DNA of 37,070 bases from a virus. Its lineage: Duplodnaviria; Caudoviricetes. The notes under the pieces are model-generated. The model had not been told where the DNA came from. It did no database searches and saw only the letters and a list, made by a program, of their open reading frames with translations. The stretch is from positions 1 to 37,070 of IMG/VR virus record IMGVR_UViG_3300047669_000545; one strand, 5' to 3'. Shown piece after piece: positions 28,096 to 36,177 of this stretch. The position numbers and the translations under genes were made by a program. Within the stretch, counting starts at the first letter, position 1, and each line of letters opens with the position of its first letter.

Positions 28096-28776
28096 TTATA
28101 CAAATCCGTTATCTTCTAATTTAGTATTAACTTCAATTTCATTATTACCCCACATACCTGAGTTAATAAGCTGTTTACAACTAGCTTCATATCGTAGATA
28201 GTAGGTATTATTTTCATCTTTCATATCCCCGCTAATAGCCCCATGTGCTTTATACGCCGAGTAATTCAGTAATGCTTCTGTGTATACTTCATTAATTTTT
28301 AAATCTGTAGTAGTTGTCTTAGCTTTTTTAGGAGCTGCTGCGTATTTTAAAAGAATTTGAGTACGTTTAGGTGTTTCAGCATCTGTACCTTTAATAATTG
28401 CTTTAAATGGTTCAGGTATAAGAATAGATACATGTTGATCTATTTTTTGTACTAATTTTACTGAATTATCTTTAATAGGTATTTCTGTAAAATCTGAAGC
28501 GTAATATGCGTAGATAGAAGCAAGAAAATCTGAAGGTAAAGTAAATTCTTCTCCGTCTAGTGGGTTATCCATCTCTAATGTTTTTATCACTAAATGAAAT
28601 CGTTTATGTAAAGCTAAATTAGCTAAATTTACATAATTAATAAATTTATTTTGATTAACTATTTGTACTGCAGAAGGTGCTGGGCTTGGGTTAGCTGACA
28701 TGTCACCAACACTAGCAATAGCAAGCTTACTACATTCTCCAGTAGACAAATAATCAATATATTCAGAAACTTTCAT
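28096..28776 (-). CDS. N4 gp67-like head-tail adaptor protein
   Basis: L..GE.S.L, NL.L.LHKRF, EALLNY.AY and N.KLEDNGFV motifs; likely start MKVSEY with AAGGA RBS; downstream of TerL. Confidence 0.75.
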   Translation of the reverse strand: MKVSEYIDYLSTGECSKLAIASVGDMSANPSPAPSAVQIVNQNKFINYVNLANLALHKRFHLVIKTLEMDNPLDGEEFTLPSDFLASIYAYYASDFTEIPIKDNSVKLVQKIDQHVSILIPEPFKAIIKGTDAETPKRTQILLKYAAAPKKAKTTTTDLKINEVYTEALLNYSAYKAHGAISGDMKDENNTYYLRYEASCKQLINSGMWGNNEIEVNTKLEDNGFV

Positions 28777-28789
28777 ACTAATATCCTTT

Positions 28790-28830
28790 AAAAAAGAGGT
28801 AGGCAAGAGTGCCGAAACCCTTACCTACCC
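28790..28830 (-). terminator. Rho-independent terminator after TerL
   Basis: Minus strand GGTAGGTAAGGGT-TTCGGC-ACTCTTGCCTACC followed by TCTTTTTT. Confidence 0.75.
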
Positions 28831-28874
28831 AGGAGGCACAACAACTCGTTGAGAAGACGAGTTGGCATGAGTTC

Positions 28875-30473
28875 TTAAACAAAGTAGGAGCTATCTCCTG
28901 CTTTCTTAGTTGTACTATCACCCCACATAGTTGAGTTTTCTAATTCATCATCTTCTTGTGTTTGTGGCCCTACTTCACTTGGTTTCCATGCATTTAATTC
29001 TGCTAGCATAGTAATTGTATCTATCTGATCATCGTGTTTACTTTTAAACCCCTTAAGAGTAGCTAAAGATAACTCAAAAAGCAACTCTACAAGTTCTTCA
29101 CTGTCTTTTAGTTCTTCAGGCAACCATATTTTTTTAGATTTAAATAAGGGAATAGCATTCTGTTGAAATCTACTCATCTTATCTTTAGTCGGCCTAATAC
29201 CTATTGTATTACTATTTCTTCCCTTAGACAAAGTAAAATAATTATTTCGTTGTCCCATTTCATTTTGGATCCAACTAATAAACCCTCCTTGCTGTCCGGT
29301 AGTTTCAATACCTACTTCCTGTGGTCGATATTCCTGAACTAATCTAAATAATTCATCAATAGTCTTATCCATTAATGTTCGTTTACAAAACCCATCCACC
29401 CAAAGCCAATCTCCATTATTATTGTATGCCCATACGTTAATAACACTAAAATCAGCGTGTTCCTTATCACTAGTAGCAAAATCAGTAGTAATATAAAAGT
29501 TATACGCACCTTTATTTTGTAGTACATTACTACGCTTATACCAAATTATATCTGAATCATTAATCAATCTTTCTTCAGGAGACGTAATACGTAACATTAA
29601 CTCTTGATTAAATGAATCTAATTTACCAGCACCTTTAGATTTAAAATACTGATTATTTACATAATCAAAACTAAACCTATCTTCCCAAGCGCCTTTAAAC
29701 TCTTCACGAGAGCACGGAAATGCCTCACAAACCGGATATACATTAACATACCAGACACCCGATTCAATTGCCTTATATAAAGGATCTTTAGCATTAAACG
29801 GAGTTCCAGACCAAATAACTTTCCTCTTATTAGGATGTAACGCATAGTCAATGGCCGAGTAAACAGTATTTTCCACATTTTCGATAATAGTTGCAGACCT
29901 AGCATCTTCATCTCCTAGTAGATCATCAAGTACAGCAAGTTGTGGTCTCGTATTCAATTCAACCGTACCACGAACACCTGTTTTAGCACCATGTCCTGTA
30001 ACAACAAACTCTTTACCTTCAGCATTCTTAAAATACCATCTAATGTCTGTAAATCTAGAAGTAGTAATGTACTTCTTTAAAAACTCACTATTTTCACATC
30101 TGCGTTCCATACGTAAACGCATCTTCTTTACACCATTCTCAATACTATCAGATACATACAGTGCATAGTCTACATTACCAAATCCTGGAATTGACCCGTA
30201 AACCGCTATATACAAAAACAAATACTCAGCAAATATAGTAGTTTTAGCTAAACCACGAGCACACATGTTAGCTGTGTTCTCTTTTTTACCTGCTATTTTA
30301 TCCATCATCTTGTAATGTATTACCGGAGTCTTGTTCTCTTCCCCCTTTTCACCATTAACTAATTTAATAAACGACACAAACTCTAATGCAAACTCACTAG
30401 GTACGTAAGTAGGATCATCATTGTAATCAATGTCATTAAGCCATTCATCTACTGTTTTTTTAACTAGGGACAT
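28875..30473 (-). CDS. terL: Terminase large subunit, N4 gp68 family
   Basis: Walker A-like CARGLAKTT, Walker B LAVLDD, coupling motif SGTP, nuclease TTDFA...DFS and HDDQID motifs. Confidence 0.95.
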   Translation of the reverse strand: MSLVKKTVDEWLNDIDYNDDPTYVPSEFALEFVSFIKLVNGEKGEENKTPVIHYKMMDKIAGKKENTANMCARGLAKTTIFAEYLFLYIAVYGSIPGFGNVDYALYVSDSIENGVKKMRLRMERRCENSEFLKKYITTSRFTDIRWYFKNAEGKEFVVTGHGAKTGVRGTVELNTRPQLAVLDDLLGDEDARSATIIENVENTVYSAIDYALHPNKRKVIWSGTPFNAKDPLYKAIESGVWYVNVYPVCEAFPCSREEFKGAWEDRFSFDYVNNQYFKSKGAGKLDSFNQELMLRITSPEERLINDSDIIWYKRSNVLQNKGAYNFYITTDFATSDKEHADFSVINVWAYNNNGDWLWVDGFCKRTLMDKTIDELFRLVQEYRPQEVGIETTGQQGGFISWIQNEMGQRNNYFTLSKGRNSNTIGIRPTKDKMSRFQQNAIPLFKSKKIWLPEELKDSEELVELLFELSLATLKGFKSKHDDQIDTITMLAELNAWKPSEVGPQTQEDDELENSTMWGDSTTKKAGDSSYFV

Positions 30474-30487
30474 TATTCACCTCACGT

Positions 30488-30610
30488 TTACCCAAATGGG
30501 CTATCGAACCAACCCATCATTATTGTAATAAGAAAGTTATTGGCTAGAAGAGTTAATGTATTAATTGCTATCATCCAAATTAACCATTTGAAAATTATTG
30601 GCTTAATCAT
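30488..30610 (-). CDS. 40-aa hydrophobic micro-protein between FabZ and TerL
   Basis: MIKPIIFKWLIWMIAINTLTLLANNFLITIMMGWFDSPFG, AAGGA RBS, starts 1 nt after the FabZ stop. Confidence 0.55.
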   Translation of the reverse strand: MIKPIIFKWLIWMIAINTLTLLANNFLITIMMGWFDSPFG

Positions 30611-30611
30611 A

Positions 30612-31049
30612 TTATTCCTTTGTGTTATTTATTATAACGGATGTCCATGTAGCTTGAGTTATTAATACGTTATCAACATATGCTTTACCAGAAAATTTAG
30701 CATATTTGGATAAGTTAGTAGTGATGTTTATATCAAATTTTATTTGATCTCCAGGAAGTGCAGGTTTAATAAATTTAACTTTATCTATTGTAGTTACATA
30801 AGCTAATTGTCCTTCAACTAAATCAGCACAACCAAATAGTAGTCCTCCAGATTGAAACATCCCCTCTAATATAAGTACTCCTGGCATAATAGGAAAATTA
30901 GGAAAATGCCCACTAAAATAAGGCTCGTTATGTGATACATTTTTTAAAGTAACTATATTTGTATCAGTTTTACTTATAACCTTATCTACCATAAGAAACG
31001 GATATTTATGTGGAAGTACTTTAAGTATTTCTGAAACGTTATTTTTCAT
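30612..31049 (-). CDS. fabZ: 3-hydroxyacyl-ACP dehydratase FabZ
   Basis: LPHKYPFLMVD, KNVS.NEPYFSGHFP..PIMPGVLILEG (catalytic His and Glu) and F.KP..PGD motifs; likely start MKNNVSE overlapping the upstream stop. Confidence 0.93.
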   Translation of the reverse strand: MKNNVSEILKVLPHKYPFLMVDKVISKTDTNIVTLKNVSHNEPYFSGHFPNFPIMPGVLILEGMFQSGGLLFGCADLVEGQLAYVTTIDKVKFIKPALPGDQIKFDINITTNLSKYAKFSGKAYVDNVLITQATWTSVIINNTKE

Positions 31050-31803
31050 CAATGACCTCATAAGTTGTTTCAACAGGCGGCGTATTCACCTTCCGAGCTA
31101 ATATTTCACTATGTGCTATCTCCTTAGCACTGGATTGCCCATTTAAGATCATCTTTAGTTGTTGCTGTGCAAGTGCTTTAGTAGTTGCACGTAGATCCTC
31201 TACTATGTCATTACTGTAGTTAATATCAATATCTAGTTTAGCGACAGCAGGAGCTGCTAGGTTGCTAATTAAACTTTCTGCAGCTTTCTGCCTTACTAGC
31301 TCTGATTTAGCTGTGTGCATCAGCTCTGCTTGTACGTTGATAGCTTCCTGATACACTCCCGCATTTAATATATGCGTAGGCACCATAGTTTGTTCCATGA
31401 TCTTAGTTATGAGCCCTGTTTTACTATAGTTATCTGCAAAACTAGCTATATAGGATCCAGAAGCCCCTTTATCTATTAAATTCTGATATCGATCCGGGAA
31501 TACTTTACTATACGCAGTAGATGACTTATCTCCCATTAACTTAAGGGACACAAACTTAACAGCATTTACATAAGCTGCTAATGAGTATTTACCGGTAGAC
31601 AACACTGCAGCATACGTTAATGTATTATCCCGAAATACTCGTCTTAACTCTGAATCAGGCTCTGAATTAATAACTTCTACAACAGCATCAGTTATATGCT
31701 TACGGAAGCGCTTATCCGGAAGGGCCCCTTCTAACATACCTTTAGTTAAATGATCTGTTGTTTCTAAATTAGTATCTACATCTGCTAAATTAGTTAATTG
31801 CAT
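31039..31803 (-). CDS. N4 gp69-like protein (putative terminase small subunit)
   Basis: FRDN...Y..VL..GKY....YVNAVKFVS.KLMG...AY...FPDRY and KSE.VR..AA.SL motifs; upstream of TerL. Confidence 0.75.
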   Translation of the reverse strand: MQLTNLADVDTNLETTDHLTKGMLEGALPDKRFRKHITDAVVEVINSEPDSELRRVFRDNTLTYAAVLSTGKYSLAAYVNAVKFVSLKLMGDKSSTAYSKVFPDRYQNLIDKGASGSYIASFADNYSKTGLITKIMEQTMVPTHILNAGVYQEAINVQAELMHTAKSELVRQKAAESLISNLAAPAVAKLDIDINYSNDIVEDLRATTKALAQQQLKMILNGQSSAKEIAHSEILARKVNTPPVETTYEVIDEK

Positions 31804-32128
31804 TATTAGCCTCGTTCCATTTAATAATTAACGCATTATGTGATGAGTCTTCCGCGTAACACTCATGCGGAGATACCATCCACTTGTGGTCATCTAATCT
31901 TACTATGAAATTTTTTTCTACTAATTCTACCCAGTACTTCTCCCAAGTACGGTAGTCTGTTATCCACTTTACTGTCCTAATAAACTTATGTTTGTCTATC
32001 TCATTGTCTTTATTAGCTAATACCATAAGTGGTAAAAGTAGTGCTTGCCCGGTACGAGACAACTCATCTATACGAGACGGCTCATCATCTTCTATTTCAC
32101 AATATGTATTAATGTATTTACTCATCAA
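31790..32128 (-). CDS. Hypothetical protein, possible winged-helix (RepL-like)
   Basis: 112 aa, EL.EKNFIVRL....WMVSP wing-like pattern. Confidence 0.5.
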   Translation of the reverse strand: MMSKYINTYCEIEDDEPSRIDELSRTGQALLLPLMVLANKDNEIDKHKFIRTVKWITDYRTWEKYWVELVEKNFIVRLDDHKWMVSPHECYAEDSSHNALIIKWNEANNAIN

Positions 32129-32895
32129 GGTATATGTCTAAATGTTAAACTTATTCTACGTCCTAATGGCGCACTTACTGAATGCTTGTATTTATTCTGG
32201 AAGTCACCTTCAGGCATTACGTAACAACTTCTATCTGTTAGTTTAATCTTAAAATATTTACTACGATCATTCCTAGCTATAGTAGCAACTGTTGTTTCTC
32301 CTAAACTGATAGTTGCTACAGCCCCTACAATTCCGTTATTTTCCGTGAAAACAGCTTCATCATCTGAGTGAAGGTCTAGACCCTTATTAGTATATAAATT
32401 AACTAATAAACTATTAAAATAGTTATTAGAAAACACTAACTGGTTTTCTATATCTCTAGCAATGTTTTGAAATAAAACAGGCATTTCCTGAGCTTCGTGC
32501 CTTAAATCTGTATACGCGTATTCAACACAACCAAATGCTTGTTCTTCATCTAGATTAGTTGATACATCTACAGGACCATACCAAGTAGCTATGTGGTTAC
32601 GATTGGTATGAAAAATATACCCAAGTTCCTGAGTTTTTCCTCCCCAATCAGCTCTTTCTTCCCGTTTACCCGTTAATTTTTGCCAAATTTTAGGAGCATA
32701 CTGCTGTAACCATGCTGCTTTTTGTTTTCTAGTCATACTGCTTGCTGCTTTGGTATTACCTCGGCTGATTTTTTCCTGTTTTACAACTGAGTCCCAAAGA
32801 CTATCAAAGTCTCGTAAAACAGAATGTTTTTTGTTATCAATAGATCCTAAAATTATTTCTTGGTCATCTACAAGTATGATCTTATCATTAAGCAT
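32125..32895 (-). CDS. AlkB-family 2OG-Fe(II) dioxygenase
   Basis: FNSLLVNLY, HSDDE (HxD), ATISLG, KHSV (His) and RISLTFR (RxxxxxR) motifs. Confidence 0.88.
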   Translation of the reverse strand: MLNDKIILVDDQEIILGSIDNKKHSVLRDFDSLWDSVVKQEKISRGNTKAASSMTRKQKAAWLQQYAPKIWQKLTGKREERADWGGKTQELGYIFHTNRNHIATWYGPVDVSTNLDEEQAFGCVEYAYTDLRHEAQEMPVLFQNIARDIENQLVFSNNYFNSLLVNLYTNKGLDLHSDDEAVFTENNGIVGAVATISLGETTVATIARNDRSKYFKIKLTDRSCYVMPEGDFQNKYKHSVSAPLGRRISLTFRHIP

Positions 32896-32896
32896 T

Positions 32897-33076
32897 TTAT
32901 TTCTTCTCTTTTTTCCATCGCGTAAGCTGAAGGTACATTAAATGATTTTTTCTTTTTTGCGTTTTTCGTAACTTAGCTTGATAAACGTGATGCGCTGAAG
33001 GAGATCTAATAACACTTGTTACTAGTAACATAACAAACAAAGGCCACAATCCAGTTAAATATGTCTTAAGAGTCAT
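32897..33076 (-). CDS. 59-aa protein, N-terminal hydrophobic helix and basic tail
   Basis: MTLKTYLTGLWPLFVMLLVTSVIRSP...RWKKEKK; fills the gap between the radical SAM and AlkB genes. Confidence 0.5.
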   Translation of the reverse strand: MTLKTYLTGLWPLFVMLLVTSVIRSPSAHHVYQAKLRKTQKRKNHLMYLQLTRWKKEKK

Positions 33077-34679
33077 TTAACACTTTTCTACTAATTAAGC
33101 GCATTCTTATAATAATTACAATCCAACGACAAAGTTTCCAAATAGTTTCAGAAAAATATTTTGGATAGAAAACAAGAGGCGATTCCATTGGTAAAGTAGG
33201 TCGCCTATCTTTACGTGATTTACGGCGGAAAACCCCACCTTTAGTAGGATGAATCTTTTCAATACCAATACAACCTTTAAACATAGTAATTAGGGTAACT
33301 AAGTCTAGTGCTTTACTGGAACTTGTACCAGTTGCCATCATACGTTTTAAAGTAGTTTTGGTATGCTCATATGTGTAATAAGCATTCCAAGCTTTATAAT
33401 AAGTTTCTTCCCAATTTACTTTTGACATTTTAGGATGTGCAGTAACTGCATGATTTAAATCATACATGTTTAAATCTTCATCCATAGCAACTCCAGCAGT
33501 GTATAACTTCTCATGATCTTTTGAACCAGGAAGAGGCGTAAGACAAAGAAACGATATTAGATCCATAGGAAGTTCTTTTTTAATAATTTCAATGTCGCGC
33601 AAGATTGATTCTTGAGTATCATTAGGGAAACCTAAAATATACCCGCAAGAGGTTATAATTCCAGCCTCATCTAAAGCAAGCAACATTTTACGGTAATCAG
33701 AAATTTTATTTTGCCGCTTATCGACACTTAAAAGAGCATCAGAATTAATATTTTCTAAACCAATAAAAACCTGTGTAACACCTGCGCGTCTTGATTTTTC
33801 AATAAACCCTGGCAACTTATAGGCAAGAGTATCAATCATAAAAGAAAACTCGATTTTTAATTTATGAACTTCACGCAACTCAATAAACATATCTAAAATG
33901 CTTTCCCAATTCTTATTTCGTGCAAAATCATCATCAGAAATAAAAAATAAATGTAAGCCCTGTTTAACGTTAAAGCGGATTATGCGCTCAATACTTTCAA
34001 CTGACCTGTTTCTTGATGTATGTCCTTGAACATTTATAATCGTGCAGAACGAACAAGTAAAAGGGCAACCACGTCCAGCATCAAAACTAGCTGTTAAACC
34101 TGCCGTCAGACGAACTCTATCTGCCGGAATAAATGGCATTGCAGTATTACTAATATCAGGTAAATCATCTAAAAAGTTGTAAATTGGTTTAAGTTCGTTA
34201 TTAGCCGCATCAATTAAAACTTGTCCAAGTCTGTCTTCAACTTCTCCTGAAAACATTGAAACACCAATGTCTAAAGCCTTTTGCATGTAAGCATCAGGCT
34301 CTTTAATCATTGCCAACACTCCTGATATATGAAAACCTCCCATAGCAACTTTAATACCCATTGCTCGTAATGGTGTAGCAATATCTAATGCACGGGGAAA
34401 TTGACTTGATTGTACACCAACAAGCATAAGCATTCCGTCATCTGCACTTTTTATTAAAGAAGCAATTTTATCTGTATTAATGTGTGTATTTGTTTCGTCA
34501 AATACATGAAGGTCTATTTTGACATTTTTACCTAATACCCTAGTCTTTTTACATTCAGTAGCTAAACCATAAAGACAAGCTAGTGAATTTGCCGGCAGCC
34601 AAGACCTAAACCACTGAATTACATATCCGTCATCGTCATAATGTGAAGGTGCCACCAAAACAAGGCTGAATGTTTTCAT
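33066..34679 (-). CDS. Cobalamin(B12)-binding radical SAM enzyme
   Basis: GRGCPFTCSFC (CxxxCxxC), N-terminal B12-binding-like domain with MGGFH, FF.SDDDF, VFIGLE, YILGFP.DT and LTPLPGS motifs; 537 aa. Confidence 0.9.
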   Translation of the reverse strand: MKTFSLVLVAPSHYDDDGYVIQWFRSWLPANSLACLYGLATECKKTRVLGKNVKIDLHVFDETNTHINTDKIASLIKSADDGMLMLVGVQSSQFPRALDIATPLRAMGIKVAMGGFHISGVLAMIKEPDAYMQKALDIGVSMFSGEVEDRLGQVLIDAANNELKPIYNFLDDLPDISNTAMPFIPADRVRLTAGLTASFDAGRGCPFTCSFCTIINVQGHTSRNRSVESIERIIRFNVKQGLHLFFISDDDFARNKNWESILDMFIELREVHKLKIEFSFMIDTLAYKLPGFIEKSRRAGVTQVFIGLENINSDALLSVDKRQNKISDYRKMLLALDEAGIITSCGYILGFPNDTQESILRDIEIIKKELPMDLISFLCLTPLPGSKDHEKLYTAGVAMDEDLNMYDLNHAVTAHPKMSKVNWEETYYKAWNAYYTYEHTKTTLKRMMATGTSSSKALDLVTLITMFKGCIGIEKIHPTKGGVFRRKSRKDRRPTLPMESPLVFYPKYFSETIWKLCRWIVIIIRMRLISRKVLNDS

Positions 34680-35017
34680 TTAGTTCTAAGTCCTTTAGTA
34701 GTTTGTGTATCCCACATATGCTTAACTATAAAATACCGCCTGTCATCTCCATTAAACATAACATCTGGATTAAGCATATACTCCTTTTTAGTGTATTTAC
34801 GAATCAAATCACATTTCTTCAAGGCACGAACGCCTATTGTAAAGTCCCCTATTGTTACCCCAACTGTTTTAGCTATTTCTTTAGGAGTCCCTACTACCAT
34901 ATTTATTCTATTAATGTGATACATCATCTTGAGCAACACCAGTGCTGCGGAGCTGTTTAATTTATTTTTAGATAAAAAAGTAGCTGGATGTGTACCTAAT
35001 TGAAATTTGTTAAACAT
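34676..35017 (-). CDS. RepL-like winged helix-turn-helix protein
   Basis: TPKEIAKTVGVT...F..GV..LKKCDLI.K.....YMLNPDVMFNG pattern. Confidence 0.65.
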   Translation of the reverse strand: MFNKFQLGTHPATFLSKNKLNSSAALVLLKMMYHINRINMVVGTPKEIAKTVGVTIGDFTIGVRALKKCDLIRKYTKKEYMLNPDVMFNGDDRRYFIVKHMWDTQTTKGLRTK

Positions 35018-35020
35018 GTA

Positions 35021-35242
35021 TTACCAAAACCCTCCTTCTAGTGGCTTCTCGCTGATATACATAGTTAGCCTGTAGTTCTTAGGATTCTTTATATACGTCT
35101 CTCGTTCTTTCATAGAGGTCTCCCCTATTTCATAATTCATAAAGACCCCACAGTTCCATTTCACCACCCACTCACCTTTTACCTTTTCCTCTATCACATA
35201 AATAAAGTTCCGATGTCTCCTTGGTTCTCTCCCTTGAATCAT
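35021..35242 (-). CDS. Hypothetical protein, first gene of the leftward unit
   Basis: 73 aa with GGGGAG RBS. Confidence 0.6.
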   Translation of the reverse strand: MIQGREPRRHRNFIYVIEEKVKGEWVVKWNCGVFMNYEIGETSMKERETYIKNPKNYRLTMYISEKPLEGGFW

Positions 35243-35308
35243 CTTTCACTCCCCTATTTAGTTAGCTAACTATAAAGCAATAGTACCCTAAAAACTACAA
35301 ATAGCAAT

Positions 35309-35377
35309 GCTTAACTTCAGTTTAACGTTGTATACAACGCTTAACGGCTCAGTTAAACCACGTATACAACGTTTAAC
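35309..35377. repeat. Degenerate ~30-32 bp tandem repeat containing a perfect 14-bp palindrome
   Basis: GTATACAACG(C/T)TTAAC at 35330 and 35362; palindrome CGTTGTATACAACG at 35326-35339. Confidence 0.7.
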
Positions 35378-35431
35378 TTTTTGTAACTTGTTCTATCTAA
35401 AGAAGTTATTCCCCCTTAAGAACATAAGAAG

Positions 35432-35444
35432 AGTCCTCCAGACT
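35432..35444 (+). promoter_or_regulatory. CTCCA-loop hairpin 1 (candidate virion-RNAP promoter)
   Basis: AGTC-CTCCA-GACT, followed by a second hairpin GCCCC-TGC-GGGGC at 35449. Confidence 0.5.
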
Positions 35445-35660
35445 TCTCGCCCCTGCGGGGCTTCAGTCTGTCGTCCTCGCTACCGCCTATATTATTATTA
35501 TATTATATAAATGAGAGAGGCAAACAGTAAGATGGTCTACGAAAAAGCCATTAGCAATTTTTTCATTCTAGGTAGATGTGCAGTACTAACTAGCTGAAAG
35601 CTAGAAACCAAAGACCATCCCCCCTCCTTTAAAACAAAACGATCTTTTACCCACACACAA

Positions 35661-35677
35661 GATGACCTCCAGTCATC
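35661..35677 (+). promoter_or_regulatory. CTCCA-loop hairpin 2 (candidate virion-RNAP promoter)
   Basis: GATGAC-CTCCA-GTCATC, then GAGGCA-ATCA-TGCCTC, then RBS and ORF. Confidence 0.7.
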
Positions 35678-35714
35678 AGAGGCAATCATGCCTCCAAGAT
35701 CCAAGGAGATTAAC

Positions 35715-35948
35715 ATGAAGAAGATGTATAGAGCAGGTTCAGATGCTGTTGTAGGAGTCCTAGAGCCAGTAGTTGACCTAGGTAAATCCTTAGCCATCGG
35801 TGCCGAAATGGGTCGCCGAGTTATGACAGACGAGTGCTTCCATCAGGAGCTCGCTTCTGAAGGCGTTATGCGTAAATCGCTCGATAAGTGTAAACTTAGT
35901 CCTGAGCGTATAGCTTACTATGAACGTAAGTATCATATCGCATCCTAA
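35715..35948 (+). CDS. Early hypothetical protein
   Basis: AAGGAG RBS before ATG 35715 (MKKMYRAG), 77 aa. Confidence 0.7.
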   Translation: MKKMYRAGSDAVVGVLEPVVDLGKSLAIGAEMGRRVMTDECFHQELASEGVMRKSLDKCKLSPERIAYYERKYHIAS

Positions 35949-35998
35949 AGGCCCTGTCCTCGAGCGTGTTCCTACGCTCGGGGGCAACCCTTATTTTT
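35949..35998 (+). terminator. Rho-independent terminator
   Basis: TGTCCTCGAGCGT-GTTCCT-ACGCTCGGGGGCA, then ACCC and TTATTTTT. Confidence 0.7.
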
Positions 35999-36071
35999 AC
36001 ACACAAGATAACACAGTAAGAGAGTGCCTCGAGAGACATAGATTCTACTAGTAGCAAGTTTTTATAAAACC

Positions 36072-36088
36072 TTTCGCCTCCAGCGAAA
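36072..36088 (+). promoter_or_regulatory. CTCCA-loop hairpin 3 (candidate virion-RNAP promoter)
   Basis: TTTCGC-CTCCA-GCGAAA, then AGGAAC-AATAAC-GTTCCT. Confidence 0.7.
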
Positions 36089-36177
36089 AGGAACAATAAC
36101 GTTCCTGCTTCAAACAGTTGTGTTCTTAGACTGGACGCAACTGTACTTTTAATTCTTTATCCTAGGAGGATAGTTTT

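Noticed and set aside
35307-36096. ORFs 35307-35510 (+) and 35537-35797, 35790-35987, 35896-36096 (-)
   Set aside because: They run across repeats, hairpins and terminators or antisense to a better-supported gene, and lack a clear RBS.
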